In this document: in pieces, positions 11,074-19,494 of the stretch
Position numbering within the stretch: position 1 is the stretch's first letter
Layout of the letters: each line of letters begins with the position of its first letter
Assembly (NCBI GenBank): GCA_041665365.1
Contig: JBAYIY010000008.1
Coordinates: 6,396-70,395 of the forward strand
DNA from: Patescibacteria group bacterium
GTDB taxonomy: Bacteria; Patescibacteriota; Patescibacteriia; UBA9570
Direction of reading: 5' to 3'
DNA length: 64,000 nt
Program-made: the position numbers and the translations under genes
The notes under the pieces: model-generated
Databases searched by the model: none
What the model was told of the DNA's origin: nothing
The model's input: only the letters and a program-made list of their open reading frames with translations

Positions 11074-11078
11074 TATAT

Positions 11079-12923
11079 ATGCCAGCTTTGCCACACCCAG
11101 CACGTGGGCCCCAACTGTTTCGTCAGTTCATCATTGTTGTATTGGTCGTAGTTGTGATTGGTAGTATCTTCAGTTTAATCAATCAGCCCAATGATAAAAC
11201 TGAAAGTATCTCACTTAGTACTTTAGTAGAACAAGTAAAAGTTGGTGCCGTAAAGAAAATTGAAGTGAAAGGTGACCAAACTTTAGTAGCCACGCTGCAA
11301 GATGATACGACTGTCACAACCGATAAGGAAGCCACGCAACCATTAACAGAATTATTACAACAATCCGGTGTTACGGCCGAACAATTAAAAAATGTTGAGA
11401 TTAAAATCAGCACTGACAGTAGTTTGATGTACTGGGTGTCAATCTTGGCACCGGGTTTGATTAGTTTGTTAATTGTTGGATTATTACTCTGGTTTATGTT
11501 TCGCCAAGTGCAGGGGGTAAATAATCGCGCCATGATGTTTGGGCGAGTGACGGAACCCGATCAAAAAAATGAAAAAAAACATCAAGTTAGATTCAAAGAT
11601 GTAGCTGGTGGATCTGAGGCCAAAGAAGAATTAACCGAAGTGGTTGATTTCTTAAAACATCCGCAGAAATATAGTAAGTTGGGTGCTAAGGTACCAAAAG
11701 GCGTGTTGTTGGTGGGTGCTCCAGGCACAGGTAAAACCTTGTTGGCGCGCGCTGTCGCCGGCGAAGCTAACGTGCCGTTTTATCACATTTCTGGTTCTGA
11801 ATTTGTGGAAATGTTCGTTGGGGTGGGTGCTTCACGCGTGCGTGATTTGTTTAAACGTGCCAAGCAAACGGCGCCCTCAATTGTATTTGTTGATGAAATT
11901 GATGCAGTTGGTCGACAACGTGGCACTGGTTTAGGTGGTTCACATGATGAGCGCGAACAGACTTTAAACCAGATCTTAGTCGAGATGGATGGTTTTGATA
12001 ATGACACTAAAGTGATTGTCATTGCCGCTACCAATCGTCCTGATGTGTTAGATCCAGCTTTACTGCGCCCGGGTCGGTTTGATCGTCATGTCACACTGGA
12101 TTTGCCGGATATTAAAGATCGTAATGCCATTTTAGATGTGCATGCGAAAAATAAGCCGATGGCGGAAGATGTGAAGTTAGAAGTGATTGCGCAGCGTACC
12201 CCAGGTTTTTCTGGAGCTGATTTAGCTAATGTCTTAAATGAAGCAGCTATACTGGCGGCACGTCTTGATAAAAAAACCGTGTCGATGGCTAACTGTATTG
12301 AAGCGATTGAAAAAGTCATGCTTGGGCCTGAACGCAAATCATCAGTGATGGATGAGCATGAGAAGAAAATCACGGCTTATCATGAAGCTGGCCATGCGAT
12401 TGTGGCACATTTTTCTGAAGCAGCTGATCCGGTGCATAAAGTGTCGATCATTTCTCGTGGTCGAGCCGGTGGTTATACTTTAAAATTACCGGAGCGTGAT
12501 AAACATCTGCATAACAAAGCAGAATTTATCGCAGATTTAGCAGTGATGTTAGGTGGGCGAGTAGCTGAAGAAGAGTTCTTTGGTGAAATTACTACCGGAG
12601 CCAGTTCTGATCTGGAAAAAGCCACATCTTTAGCACGACAATTAGCCACTCGTTATGGTATGAGCCCAGATTTAGGCCCACGCACCTTTGGTCGAAAGGA
12701 AGACATGGTGTTCTTAGGTCGTGATTTTAATGAACGTCCCGATTATTCCGAAGAAACTGCTCGTCAAATTGATAACGCCGTTAATAAGTTTATTACCCAA
12801 GCGCACAAAGACGCGCAAACCTTGATTCGAGCCCATAAAGACAAGATCGAACAAGTGGTGGTTGTGCTCATAGACAAAGAGACATTGGAAAGAGATGCGT
12901 TTGAGGCTATAATGAAGGCATGA
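11079..12923 (+). CDS. ftsH: ATP-dependent zinc metalloprotease FtsH
   Basis: AAA Walker [12 protein letters not shown] region, Zn-binding HEAGHAIV; two N-terminal TM segments. Confidence 0.95.
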   Translation: MPALPHPARGPQLFRQFIIVVLVVVVIGSIFSLINQPNDKTESISLSTLVEQVKVGAVKKIEVKGDQTLVATLQDDTTVTTDKEATQPLTELLQQSGVTAEQLKNVEIKISTDSSLMYWVSILAPGLISLLIVGLLLWFMFRQVQGVNNRAMMFGRVTEPDQKNEKKHQVRFKDVAGGSEAKEELTEVVDFLKHPQKYSKLGAKVPKGVLLVGAPGTGKTLLARAVAGEANVPFYHISGSEFVEMFVGVGASRVRDLFKRAKQTAPSIVFVDEIDAVGRQRGTGLGGSHDEREQTLNQILVEMDGFDNDTKVIVIAATNRPDVLDPALLRPGRFDRHVTLDLPDIKDRNAILDVHAKNKPMAEDVKLEVIAQRTPGFSGADLANVLNEAAILAARLDKKTVSMANCIEAIEKVMLGPERKSSVMDEHEKKITAYHEAGHAIVAHFSEAADPVHKVSIISRGRAGGYTLKLPERDKHLHNKAEFIADLAVMLGGRVAEEEFFGEITTGASSDLEKATSLARQLATRYGMSPDLGPRTFGRKEDMVFLGRDFNERPDYSEETARQIDNAVNKFITQAHKDAQTLIRAHKDKIEQVVVVLIDKETLERDAFEAIMKA

Positions 12924-13813
12924 AATTATATCAAGATATTCTTCGCTCAGCCTGGCGTCATACTATTCAACGCCCAGGTCTGTGGGTGTTTGGTTTTTTC
13001 GCTACTTTTATTTTCGGTGCCTCCGGCGAAATTGATCGCTATTTGCGCTTCATGGATAACGAATCAGCCGGCTTCACAGGTTGGTTGAATGTAATAGTTA
13101 GCACCAGTCAGGCTTTAGCACTTGGTAGTATAAATCTTTGGTTGTTAGTAATTGGTATTGGTGTGGCCGGATTGATTTTGATTTACATGATGAGTGTTTC
13201 GGCCGGAGCATTAATTCACAGCGCTAAATGGAAAACAGAATCTTTCACTGAAGCCTTCCTGGCTGGGCAAAAACATGTGGTGCAATTGGCAGTATTATTT
13301 GTTTCTTCAATAATGTTTCTATCTATCTTAACTGTCGTCATGGCTAGTGTTGTTTCACAACATGGCATGGAAGTAGTGGTCTTGGTGTCTGTGGTTGGCG
13401 TTATACCAGTTGTGATCATAGCATCGTTTTTAGTACGCCTGACTGCCATGGTGGTAGTGTTAGATAATGTTCATATTGGCCAAGCCTTTATTCGAGCCAG
13501 TAGAATTTTTGCAGCGCACTGGTTAGTTATATTAGAAATGTCGATTGTGTCTTTCGTGGTAGTGTTTGTGGTAAATCTGTTACTGTTATTAGGATTAGTT
13601 ATTATGTGTTTACCTATGTTAGTGACAATAACCATGGCAGGTTTATTGTCACTGGTGTTTTATGGACAATATGTTTATCTTGGTTTAAGCTTGTTTTCGG
13701 CGGCTATTATATCTACTTGGCAGTGGTCAGCCTGGACATATTTGTTTGGAGCACTACAAACTCGTCAACCAAAGAGCACCTTGGTTGGCTGGATTAGTGG
13801 CGCTAGACAATAA
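12920..13813 (+). CDS. hypothetical polytopic membrane protein (297 aa)
   Basis: ATGA overlap with ftsH stop; multiple hydrophobic segments. Confidence 0.45.
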   Translation: MKLYQDILRSAWRHTIQRPGLWVFGFFATFIFGASGEIDRYLRFMDNESAGFTGWLNVIVSTSQALALGSINLWLLVIGIGVAGLILIYMMSVSAGALIHSAKWKTESFTEAFLAGQKHVVQLAVLFVSSIMFLSILTVVMASVVSQHGMEVVVLVSVVGVIPVVIIASFLVRLTAMVVVLDNVHIGQAFIRASRIFAAHWLVILEMSIVSFVVVFVVNLLLLLGLVIMCLPMLVTITMAGLLSLVFYGQYVYLGLSLFSAAIISTWQWSAWTYLFGALQTRQPKSTLVGWISGARQ

Positions 13814-13831
13814 AGCCATAATTATAATTTT

Positions 13832-13907
13832 GGGCGTGTAGCTCAGTCGGTAAGAGCACAGACCTTATAAGTCTGGGGTCGATGGTTCAAGTCCATCCAC
13901 GCCCACC
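13832..13907 (+). tRNA. tRNA-Ile, apparent anticodon UAU (tRNA-Ile2-like body, no encoded CCA)
   Basis: Manual fold: acceptor GGGCGTG/CACGCCC, D-arm GCTCAGTCGGTAAGAGC, anticodon stem CAGAC/GTCTG with loop CTTATAA, T-arm GATGG-TTCAAGT-CCATC; body resembles tRNA-Ile2(CAU) with T at position 34. Confidence 0.6.
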
Positions 13908-13938
13908 TTCGTCCACCACAGCCTTCGGCGACGGTGGA

Positions 13939-13974
13939 CTTCGGTGGGCAAGCCCACCATAGTCTGTCGGTAAA
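13939..13974 (+). repeat. 36-nt motif CTTCGGTGGGCAAGCCCACCATAGTCTGTCGGTAAA downstream of tRNA-Ile (copy 1 of direct repeat)
   Basis: 33/36 identical to 14573-14608; contains hairpin GGTGGGCAAGCCCACC. Confidence 0.75.
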
Positions 13975-14005
13975 AAAACATCCTCACTCGCGTGAAGATG
14001 TTTTT
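13972..14005. terminator. bidirectional terminator-like hairpin CATCCTCACTCGCGTGAAGATG flanked by A-run and T-run
   Basis: Read in sequence; one C-A mismatch in stem. Confidence 0.5.
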
Positions 14006-14092
14006 ATAATCATTCTGCGCCGCTCTCCTTTACCAGACATAGTATCTGTTAAGTAAAGGAGATTCGCGGCGCAAAATGGGGAGGAGCTGAGA

Positions 14093-14293
14093 TCAATTTG
14101 ACCCCTGCTTCTTCTCATTCCGTCGCCAATCAATGAACTTCTGGAGATTCTGCTGCATCTCCAGGGAGGTCACCCCGCTGTGCGGCGGGGTGACGGTCAC
14201 GCTCTCGTCGTCGTCGCTGTCGATGACGACCTCAAACCTCCAACCGTCCGGGGTGCAATACAGCACCCCGTCAGTGGTTTCAAACTTTGACAT
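14093..14293 (-). CDS. small hypothetical protein (66 aa) encoded in atypically GC-rich DNA
   Basis: Start reassigned to the ATG preceded by GGAGGG RBS (MSKFETTDGVLYCTPDGWRFEVVIDSDDDESVTVTPPHSGVTSLEMQQNLQKFIDWRRNEKKQGSN); the ORF-track N-terminal 27 aa is a TTG-start extension whose first 9 codons fall within the palindrome at 14348-14371; codon usage (GAC, GTC, CCG, CGG) unlike the rest of the window. Confidence 0.45.
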   Translation of the reverse strand: MSKFETTDGVLYCTPDGWRFEVVIDSDDDESVTVTPPHSGVTSLEMQQNLQKFIDWRRNEKKQGSN

Positions 14294-14388
14294 TAACCCT
14301 CCAAAGTGGAAGTTAACCGTAGCAGCAAACGAGTGTTTGTCAAGCCATTTGTAGGTATGAATACCTACAAACAATCAAGAAGAGACGA

Positions 14389-14441
14389 GAATCAATCCCA
14401 GTAGAGACGTGCCGGCGGCACGTCTCTACTGGGATTGATTC
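14389..14441. repeat. 53-bp near-perfect palindrome (25-bp arms GAATCAATCCCAGTAGAGACGTGCC), preceded by a second hairpin at 14348-14371
   Basis: Read in sequence; core GTAGAGACGTGCC shared with hairpins at 5685-5726 and 56688-56724. Confidence 0.7.
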
Positions 14442-14481
14442 TATTGAATTTTTTCCATAACCTGGTAGAATCCTCACACAC

Positions 14482-14557
14482 GGGCATATAGCTCAGTTGG
14501 TTAGAGCGTCACATTGACATTGTGAAGGTCTCAGGTTCGAATCCCGATATGCCCACC
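14482..14557 (+). tRNA. tRNA-Val (anticodon GAC), no encoded CCA
   Basis: Manual fold: acceptor GGGCATA/TATGCCC, anticodon stem TCACA/TGTGA with loop TTGACAT, T-arm TCAGG-TTCGAAT-CCCGA. Confidence 0.85.
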
Positions 14558-14572
14558 TACGCCCGCTGCGGG

Positions 14573-14608
14573 CTTCGGTGGGTAAACCCACCATAGTCTG
14601 TCGGTAAA
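14573..14608 (+). repeat. 36-nt motif CTTCGGTGGGTAAACCCACCATAGTCTGTCGGTAAA downstream of tRNA-Val (copy 2 of direct repeat)
   Basis: 33/36 identical to 13939-13974. Confidence 0.75.
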
Positions 14609-14673
14609 TTTGAGACGGCGGTGGGTTTACCCACACTAGATGACTTACTTTTTATAATGATATAAATGCAGTC

Positions 14674-15600
14674 ATGAATATATTCTCAATCATAATCATC
14701 GTAGCGGGGTTAGTACTATTTGAAGTTATTAGTAGCATTGATAATGCGATTATTAATGCTGAGGTGTTGTCCACGATGGGACAACGAGCCAGACGGTGGT
14801 TTTTGGTATGGGGATTATTTATTGCTGTATTTGTGGTTAGAGGTATATTACCATTTTTAATTGTCTGGGTAACAAATAGTGAACTTGGTCCGAAAGGGGC
14901 TTTATTAGCCACGTTTAGTAGTGATCCGCGAGTGATCGAAGCGATTGAAAAATCGGCGCCAATATTGTTGATTGGTGGTGGAACATTTTTAGTATTTTTG
15001 TTTTTTCATTGGTTGTTTTTAGAAACCAAAAATTATGGTTTAGTAGGAGAAAAATTTTTTACAGCCCAAGGTGTGTGGTTTTATGCAGTAGTGTCTTTGC
15101 TTTTAACTGGCATTGTCTATGCAGCCTTGCAAGTGGATTCAAATCTGGCCTTTGGTGCCGTCGTTGGTTCAACGGCTTTTTTTATTACCCATGGTTTCAA
15201 ACAAAATGCCGAGGCAAGTGAACAAAAGCTTTTACAAAAAGGTAATATGTCTGACATTAGTAAAATATTATACTTAGAAATAATTGATGCGACATTTTCG
15301 ATCGATGGTGTGTTAGGCGCTTTTGCCTTTACTTTAGCCGTGCCATTAATCTTATTAGGTAATGGGATAGGTGCCTTAGTAGTTCGGCAGGTGACAATTG
15401 GTAATATTGAACGTATAAAAAAATATGTTTACCTAAAAAATGGTGCGATGTACTCCATTCTGTGTTTAGGTGTGATTATGTGGTGCGATGCATTTGGCAT
15501 TGAGATACCAAGTTGGGTATCACCTGTAATAACCTTTATGGTCGTGGGATACTTCTTTTTGAAATCTCGGCGAGCAACCGCAGCAGCATCCAACCATTAA
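14674..15600 (+). CDS. integral membrane protein with two internal repeats (TerC/DUF475-like)
   Basis: Repeated motifs EVISSIDNAIINAEVL and LEIIDATFSIDGVLGAFAF flanked by TM helices; family assignment from memory only. Confidence 0.4.
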   Translation: MNIFSIIIIVAGLVLFEVISSIDNAIINAEVLSTMGQRARRWFLVWGLFIAVFVVRGILPFLIVWVTNSELGPKGALLATFSSDPRVIEAIEKSAPILLIGGGTFLVFLFFHWLFLETKNYGLVGEKFFTAQGVWFYAVVSLLLTGIVYAALQVDSNLAFGAVVGSTAFFITHGFKQNAEASEQKLLQKGNMSDISKILYLEIIDATFSIDGVLGAFAFTLAVPLILLGNGIGALVVRQVTIGNIERIKKYVYLKNGAMYSILCLGVIMWCDAFGIEIPSWVSPVITFMVVGYFFLKSRRATAAASNH

Positions 15601-16993
15601 GTAGAGCCATGTAAATAGTAAATCCGGCCACAACTGGATATAACCAATTGATGTTGGTGGTTATTTCTATAATAATTGCAGTTAACACAATATCTTTCGA
15701 TCGGACAACAAACCGAATCGGCTGTCCAATTTTATTTAGGGTGACTATTAACCAGATCATAACAATATATAACACCAGATAGAGTGCTCCAACCCAATTA
15801 TTAATCCAATCTAACGCCATGGCCGAAAACATCACCACGATCAGCGCAAATTGATGCAAAATAATTTTAATAATAGCACCGGCTTCTGTTTCAACATTTT
15901 GATAACGGGCCAGTGGAGTAGTTAAGCCATTACATAATAAGTAGGCTAAAAAACAAGCCACACCCCATGGTTCTTTGATGAATATCCAAAAGCCACTAAA
16001 TACAATAAAAATAACACTAATTATATTAAGCAAATGGGGTGTTACTTCAAAATAAGTTAAAAAATTTAAGATTGGTTTCAACCAGTGATAGCGCCAGCTA
16101 TTTAATTCCAGTACAGTTTCTTTTTCCGATTCACTATAATAGTTGGTAAACAGATCATCATTTTGATAGATCCGACCTTCATATAACCGTAAAGCTTTGA
16201 TTAAGGCTTCACGACTAATGGTGTAGACATGATAAAAGGCTAGCCAGGGATGATGTCTATGAGGTTGAGTGACAAAGCTAGTAGCAGTATTGGTACTGAT
16301 ATTTTTCCAGACAGCCAGTCGGTCAGTGAGAGGAGCCGGTGCCACTTCAAGGCCACTGCCGATTTGACTGGTCACATGAGCATCTGAACCACCAGTATAA
16401 AGAGTCACTTCTGGGTATTGATAATATTCTTCAGGCAAGGTGTGCACTTTAGCCATTTGCGCGGCGGCCGTTCCAAAAAAAGTTGACATGTGTGCCAATT
16501 TCATAAAGGCAAGTGATCCTTTAAAACAAGCATTGGCAATCTCAGCCCCACCCAACAAGCGAATGGCTTTAATTGTGATAGATTTTCCGACTTGTCTTTC
16601 ACTACCAGAGTGGCCAAACAACGCCGGATGAGCCACACTGGCTACCAGGTCGGGTTGTTGTTTAATATATTGAATCATCTCCAATAAAGATAATTGTTTT
16701 GGCACCATTAGTTTTTGGTGTCGGTAGATTCGTTCATCTTGTGCAAACACAATCAAGTCAATTCCTTCACTAGTAAGAGCTTCAATGCCTGGAAAAATTA
16801 CAGTTGCTGCATCAGGTGGTCTAGCTGCGAGCAATAATTCATAAGCCCGGGGCGGATTTTTAAAAACGTGTTCAGTCACTACCACCACATCCATATGTTG
16901 GTTGGTAAACTCTTGCCAAATGCTTAAACACTTACGCTTGGCTAAGAAATTGTATTTTGACAGGTTAGGGTGAAAATGATAGTCTACGAGCAT
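15536..16993 (-). CDS. PHP-domain metal-dependent phosphoesterase fused to a C-terminal polytopic membrane domain
   Basis: N-term MLVDYHFHPNLS (PHP motif I HxH), further His/Asp/Glu-containing segments; residues ~300-485 are hydrophobic helices; 3' end overlaps the convergent upstream gene by 65 nt. Confidence 0.55.
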   Translation of the reverse strand: MLVDYHFHPNLSKYNFLAKRKCLSIWQEFTNQHMDVVVVTEHVFKNPPRAYELLLAARPPDAATVIFPGIEALTSEGIDLIVFAQDERIYRHQKLMVPKQLSLLEMIQYIKQQPDLVASVAHPALFGHSGSERQVGKSITIKAIRLLGGAEIANACFKGSLAFMKLAHMSTFFGTAAAQMAKVHTLPEEYYQYPEVTLYTGGSDAHVTSQIGSGLEVAPAPLTDRLAVWKNISTNTATSFVTQPHRHHPWLAFYHVYTISREALIKALRLYEGRIYQNDDLFTNYYSESEKETVLELNSWRYHWLKPILNFLTYFEVTPHLLNIISVIFIVFSGFWIFIKEPWGVACFLAYLLCNGLTTPLARYQNVETEAGAIIKIILHQFALIVVMFSAMALDWINNWVGALYLVLYIVMIWLIVTLNKIGQPIRFVVRSKDIVLTAIIIEITTNINWLYPVVAGFTIYMALLNGWMLLRLLAEISKRSIPRP

Positions 16994-17758
16994 AATTTAA
17001 GCTACTTTAGCAAGTTTACTAAGAAACTGACAATGGCTAAGAAAAAACCCAATCATCACGATCAGAGTCATAATGCAAAAATCCGCGGTGAAATTATTCA
17101 TCCCCATGATGTTAGTAAACATGGTGGCACGGTATCGTGGCGCGTTTTTAGAGTCATGTCTGAGTTGGTGAATGGATATGAATTTTTATCAGGTTTGGAA
17201 AAAGAAATCACTATTTTTGGATCTGCCCGTACTAAACCAGGTGATCGCTATTATGACGAAGCCTTAAAGTTAGGAAAAATGTTAGCCAATGAAAAATATG
17301 TCACCATTACCGGAGGTGGTCCCGGTGTGATGGAAGCAGCTAATCGTGGTGCCTTTGAAGCCGGAGGTGAATCTTTAGGTTTGAATATTCAATTACCACA
17401 CGAGCAGCGCGTTAATAAATATGTGAAAAAAAGTTTGGGTTTTTATTTTTTCTTTACTAGAAAAGTCATGTTAACCTCACCATCGCAGGCTTTTGTGGTA
17501 TTTCCTGGTGGTTTTGGTACACTAGATGAATTTTTTGAGGTAATTACTTTAATTCAAACCGGTAAAATGCCGCGTGTGCCAATAATTTTAATGGGCAAAG
17601 AATATTGGGGAGCGTTAGATCAGTTTATTAAACAGGAAGTCATGCTGCATCATCAAGCTATTGAGGAGAAAGATCTAGCATTATACAATATTGTAGATTC
17701 GGCTGATGAAGCCATGCGTATCATTCGTAAAACTAAAGAAGGTGACTATCTTAGCTGA
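16970..17758 (+). CDS. LOG family protein (TIGR00730, cytokinin riboside 5'-monophosphate phosphoribohydrolase-like); alternative start ATG at 17033
   Basis: Signature ITGGGPGVMEAANRGAFEAGG and VVFPGGFGTLDEFFEV. Confidence 0.8.
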   Translation: MKMIVYEHNLSYFSKFTKKLTMAKKKPNHHDQSHNAKIRGEIIHPHDVSKHGGTVSWRVFRVMSELVNGYEFLSGLEKEITIFGSARTKPGDRYYDEALKLGKMLANEKYVTITGGGPGVMEAANRGAFEAGGESLGLNIQLPHEQRVNKYVKKSLGFYFFFTRKVMLTSPSQAFVVFPGGFGTLDEFFEVITLIQTGKMPRVPIILMGKEYWGALDQFIKQEVMLHHQAIEEKDLALYNIVDSADEAMRIIRKTKEGDYLS

Positions 17759-18425
17759 AACGCCAGACTATATTGTTGTCGACAAACCCACTGGTCTGGT
17801 AGTACATCAAGCTAGCCAACATCCAGAACCAGATACCCTCGTGAACGAGTTGTTATTGCGTTATCCGGAAATCGCTACAGTCGGCGATGATTTAACTCGG
17901 CCTGGGATTGTGCAACGCTTAGATCAAGGTGTGTCTGGGGTAATGGTCGTAGCACGTACACAGGACATGTTTGAACATCTCAAACAACAATTCTCCCAAC
18001 ATTTAGTAAAAAAACATTATACTGCTTTAGTCCATGGTACGATGGGGCAACCGGAAGGTGAAATCAATTTTGCTATAGCGCGCTCGAGCAAAGATTACAC
18101 CAAAATGGCAGCGCGACCAGATGATACCGGGAAGACAGCCATTACTCGGTACAATGTTATTAGACAATATCCTAAGTATGCTTTATTAGATGTTGAAATT
18201 TTAACCGGTCGAACCCATCAAATTCGGGTGCACCTTAACGCCATTAATCATCCATTGGTTGGAGAAGCCATTTATAAGCCGAAGAACCTGAAATCGAGAT
18301 TGCAACCCGGCCGACCATTTTTACACTCTACTAGCCTAGGTTTTTACCTACCAAATGGTAGTTTGGTTGGGTATACTGCACCTTTACCTGAGCCACTTCA
18401 GGCGATTCTTGACGGTTTACATTGA
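17706..18425 (+). CDS. RluA-family pseudouridine synthase (alternative GTG start at 17742)
   Basis: Catalytic motif VQRLDQGVSGVMVVART (HRLD..TSG type); overlaps LOG gene 3' end. Confidence 0.8.
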   Translation: MKPCVSFVKLKKVTILAETPDYIVVDKPTGLVVHQASQHPEPDTLVNELLLRYPEIATVGDDLTRPGIVQRLDQGVSGVMVVARTQDMFEHLKQQFSQHLVKKHYTALVHGTMGQPEGEINFAIARSSKDYTKMAARPDDTGKTAITRYNVIRQYPKYALLDVEILTGRTHQIRVHLNAINHPLVGEAIYKPKNLKSRLQPGRPFLHSTSLGFYLPNGSLVGYTAPLPEPLQAILDGLH

Positions 18426-18446
18426 GTTAGCTATGATAGCCGAACT

Positions 18447-18755
18447 ATGAATACATTTCCAGAACTTAAAGCTGGCTACACTGTCCGTTTACACCTGCGC
18501 ATTAGTGAGGGTAAAAAGGATCGTACCCAGATCTACGAAGGTATGATTACCAGTATCAAAGGTAAAACTCCCGATACCCGCATGATTACCGTACGAAAAG
18601 AGGCCAAAGGTTATGGTGTTGAGAAGATTATCCCATTAGCATTACCAACGCTTGAGAAAATTGAGATAGTGAAAACCGCCAAAGTGCGCAAGGCTCGTTT
18701 ATACTATGTTAAAAATTATACCAAGCGTTTGAAGGAAAAAATGGTCAAGCAATAA
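18447..18755 (+). CDS. rplS: 50S ribosomal protein L19
   Basis: 102 aa; L19 pattern ...FKAGYTVRLHLRISEGKKDRTQIYEGMITSIKG...ITVRK...GVEKIIPLA...IEIVKTAKVRKARLYY. Confidence 0.88.
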   Translation: MNTFPELKAGYTVRLHLRISEGKKDRTQIYEGMITSIKGKTPDTRMITVRKEAKGYGVEKIIPLALPTLEKIEIVKTAKVRKARLYYVKNYTKRLKEKMVKQ

Positions 18756-18772
18756 GTGTTTGACGTTTTTTG

Positions 18773-18858
18773 GCCGAGGTGGCGAAATTGGTAGACGCAC
18801 TCCCTTGAGGTGGGAACGGGCGTAAGCCCATAGGAGTTCGACTCTCCTCCTCGGCACC
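18773..18858 (+). tRNA. tRNA-Leu (anticodon GAG), long variable arm
   Basis: Manual fold: acceptor GCCGAGG/CCTCGGC, D-arm GCGAAATTGGTAGACGC, anticodon loop TTGAGGT, long variable arm, architecture matches type II tRNA-Leu. Confidence 0.8.
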
Positions 18859-18964
18859 CGATGCATTTGTTCGAAGACTCACAACTGCCCGGGCAAGCTC
18901 GCTTAAAATATAATCATTTATCTTACCGGGTTTACCCGTGCGGTTGCGCCGCGCAAACGCCTCG

Positions 18965-19038
18965 GGACGATTAGCTCAGTTGGTTAGAGCATCTCATTTA
19001 CACTGAGAGGGTCGCAGGTTCGAATCCCGCATCGTCCA
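18965..19038 (+). tRNA. tRNA-Val (anticodon UAC)
   Basis: Manual fold: acceptor GGACGAT/ATCGTCC, anticodon stem TCTCA/TGAGA with loop TTTACAC; one A-C mismatch in T-stem. Confidence 0.75.
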
Positions 19039-19041
19039 CGT

Positions 19042-19278
19042 ATGTTAACACGCTTTTTAGTTGGTATAGGAATGATTATGGCCGGAGCGTTTTTGATTAT
19101 CAAAACTGAATTGATGGTCAGTTGGTTTGGGCGCATTGGTTGGGCCGAAGAAAAGCTGGGTGCCGAAGGTGGGACGCGGATATTTTATAAAATTATCGGC
19201 ATGGTCTTGATTGTCTTGGCATTCATGATAATGTCTGGTAAGATAATCGGCGTCTTAGATTTTGTTTTCAAACGCTAA
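19042..19278 (+). CDS. small two-TM membrane protein (78 aa), start codon 4 nt after tRNA-Val
   Basis: ORF track only; hydrophobic profile; no motif. Confidence 0.3.
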   Translation: MLTRFLVGIGMIMAGAFLIIKTELMVSWFGRIGWAEEKLGAEGGTRIFYKIIGMVLIVLAFMIMSGKIIGVLDFVFKR

Positions 19279-19298
19279 GTATAGCCAGTAAACGCCCC

Positions 19299-19371
19299 GG
19301 GCCCTTAGCTCATTTGGTAGAGCGCCGCATTTGCACTGCGGAGGTGGAGAGTTCGAGCCTCTCAGGGTCCA
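19299..19371 (+). tRNA. tRNA-Ala (anticodon UGC)
   Basis: Manual fold: acceptor GGGCCCT/AGGGTCC (G3-U70 wobble, the Ala identity pair), anticodon stem CCGCA/TGCGG with loop TTTGCAC. Confidence 0.85.
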
Positions 19372-19436
19372 CTCAATAATTATTTTTCTGACAGTCGTTT
19401 CAATTCAGTGTTTGAAAACATAAACACGTAAAAAGA

Positions 19437-19465
19437 TTGACAAAGGCCATTTTTTTTGATATTAT
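19437..19465 (+). promoter_or_regulatory. consensus-like promoter: TTGACA (19437-19442), 17 nt spacer, extended -10 TGATATTAT
   Basis: Read in sequence; ~29 nt upstream of ORF 19495. Confidence 0.5.
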
Positions 19466-19494
19466 AATAGCAATTTATAACTTATAACTTTTTT

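Noticed and set aside
14294-14374. N-terminal 27 codons of ORF-track ORF 14093..14374 (MFVGIHTYKW...)
   Set aside because: The first nine codons fall within a near-perfect palindrome (14348-14371) and the ORF-track start is a TTG; the internal ATG at 14293 has a GGAGGG RBS, so the start was moved there.
16300-16993. CDP-alcohol phosphatidyltransferase assignment for the membrane domain of the PHP fusion protein
   Set aside because: The D-G-x2-A-R-x8-G-x3-G-x3-D-x3-D signature does not align (wrong spacing, key Asp residues missing).
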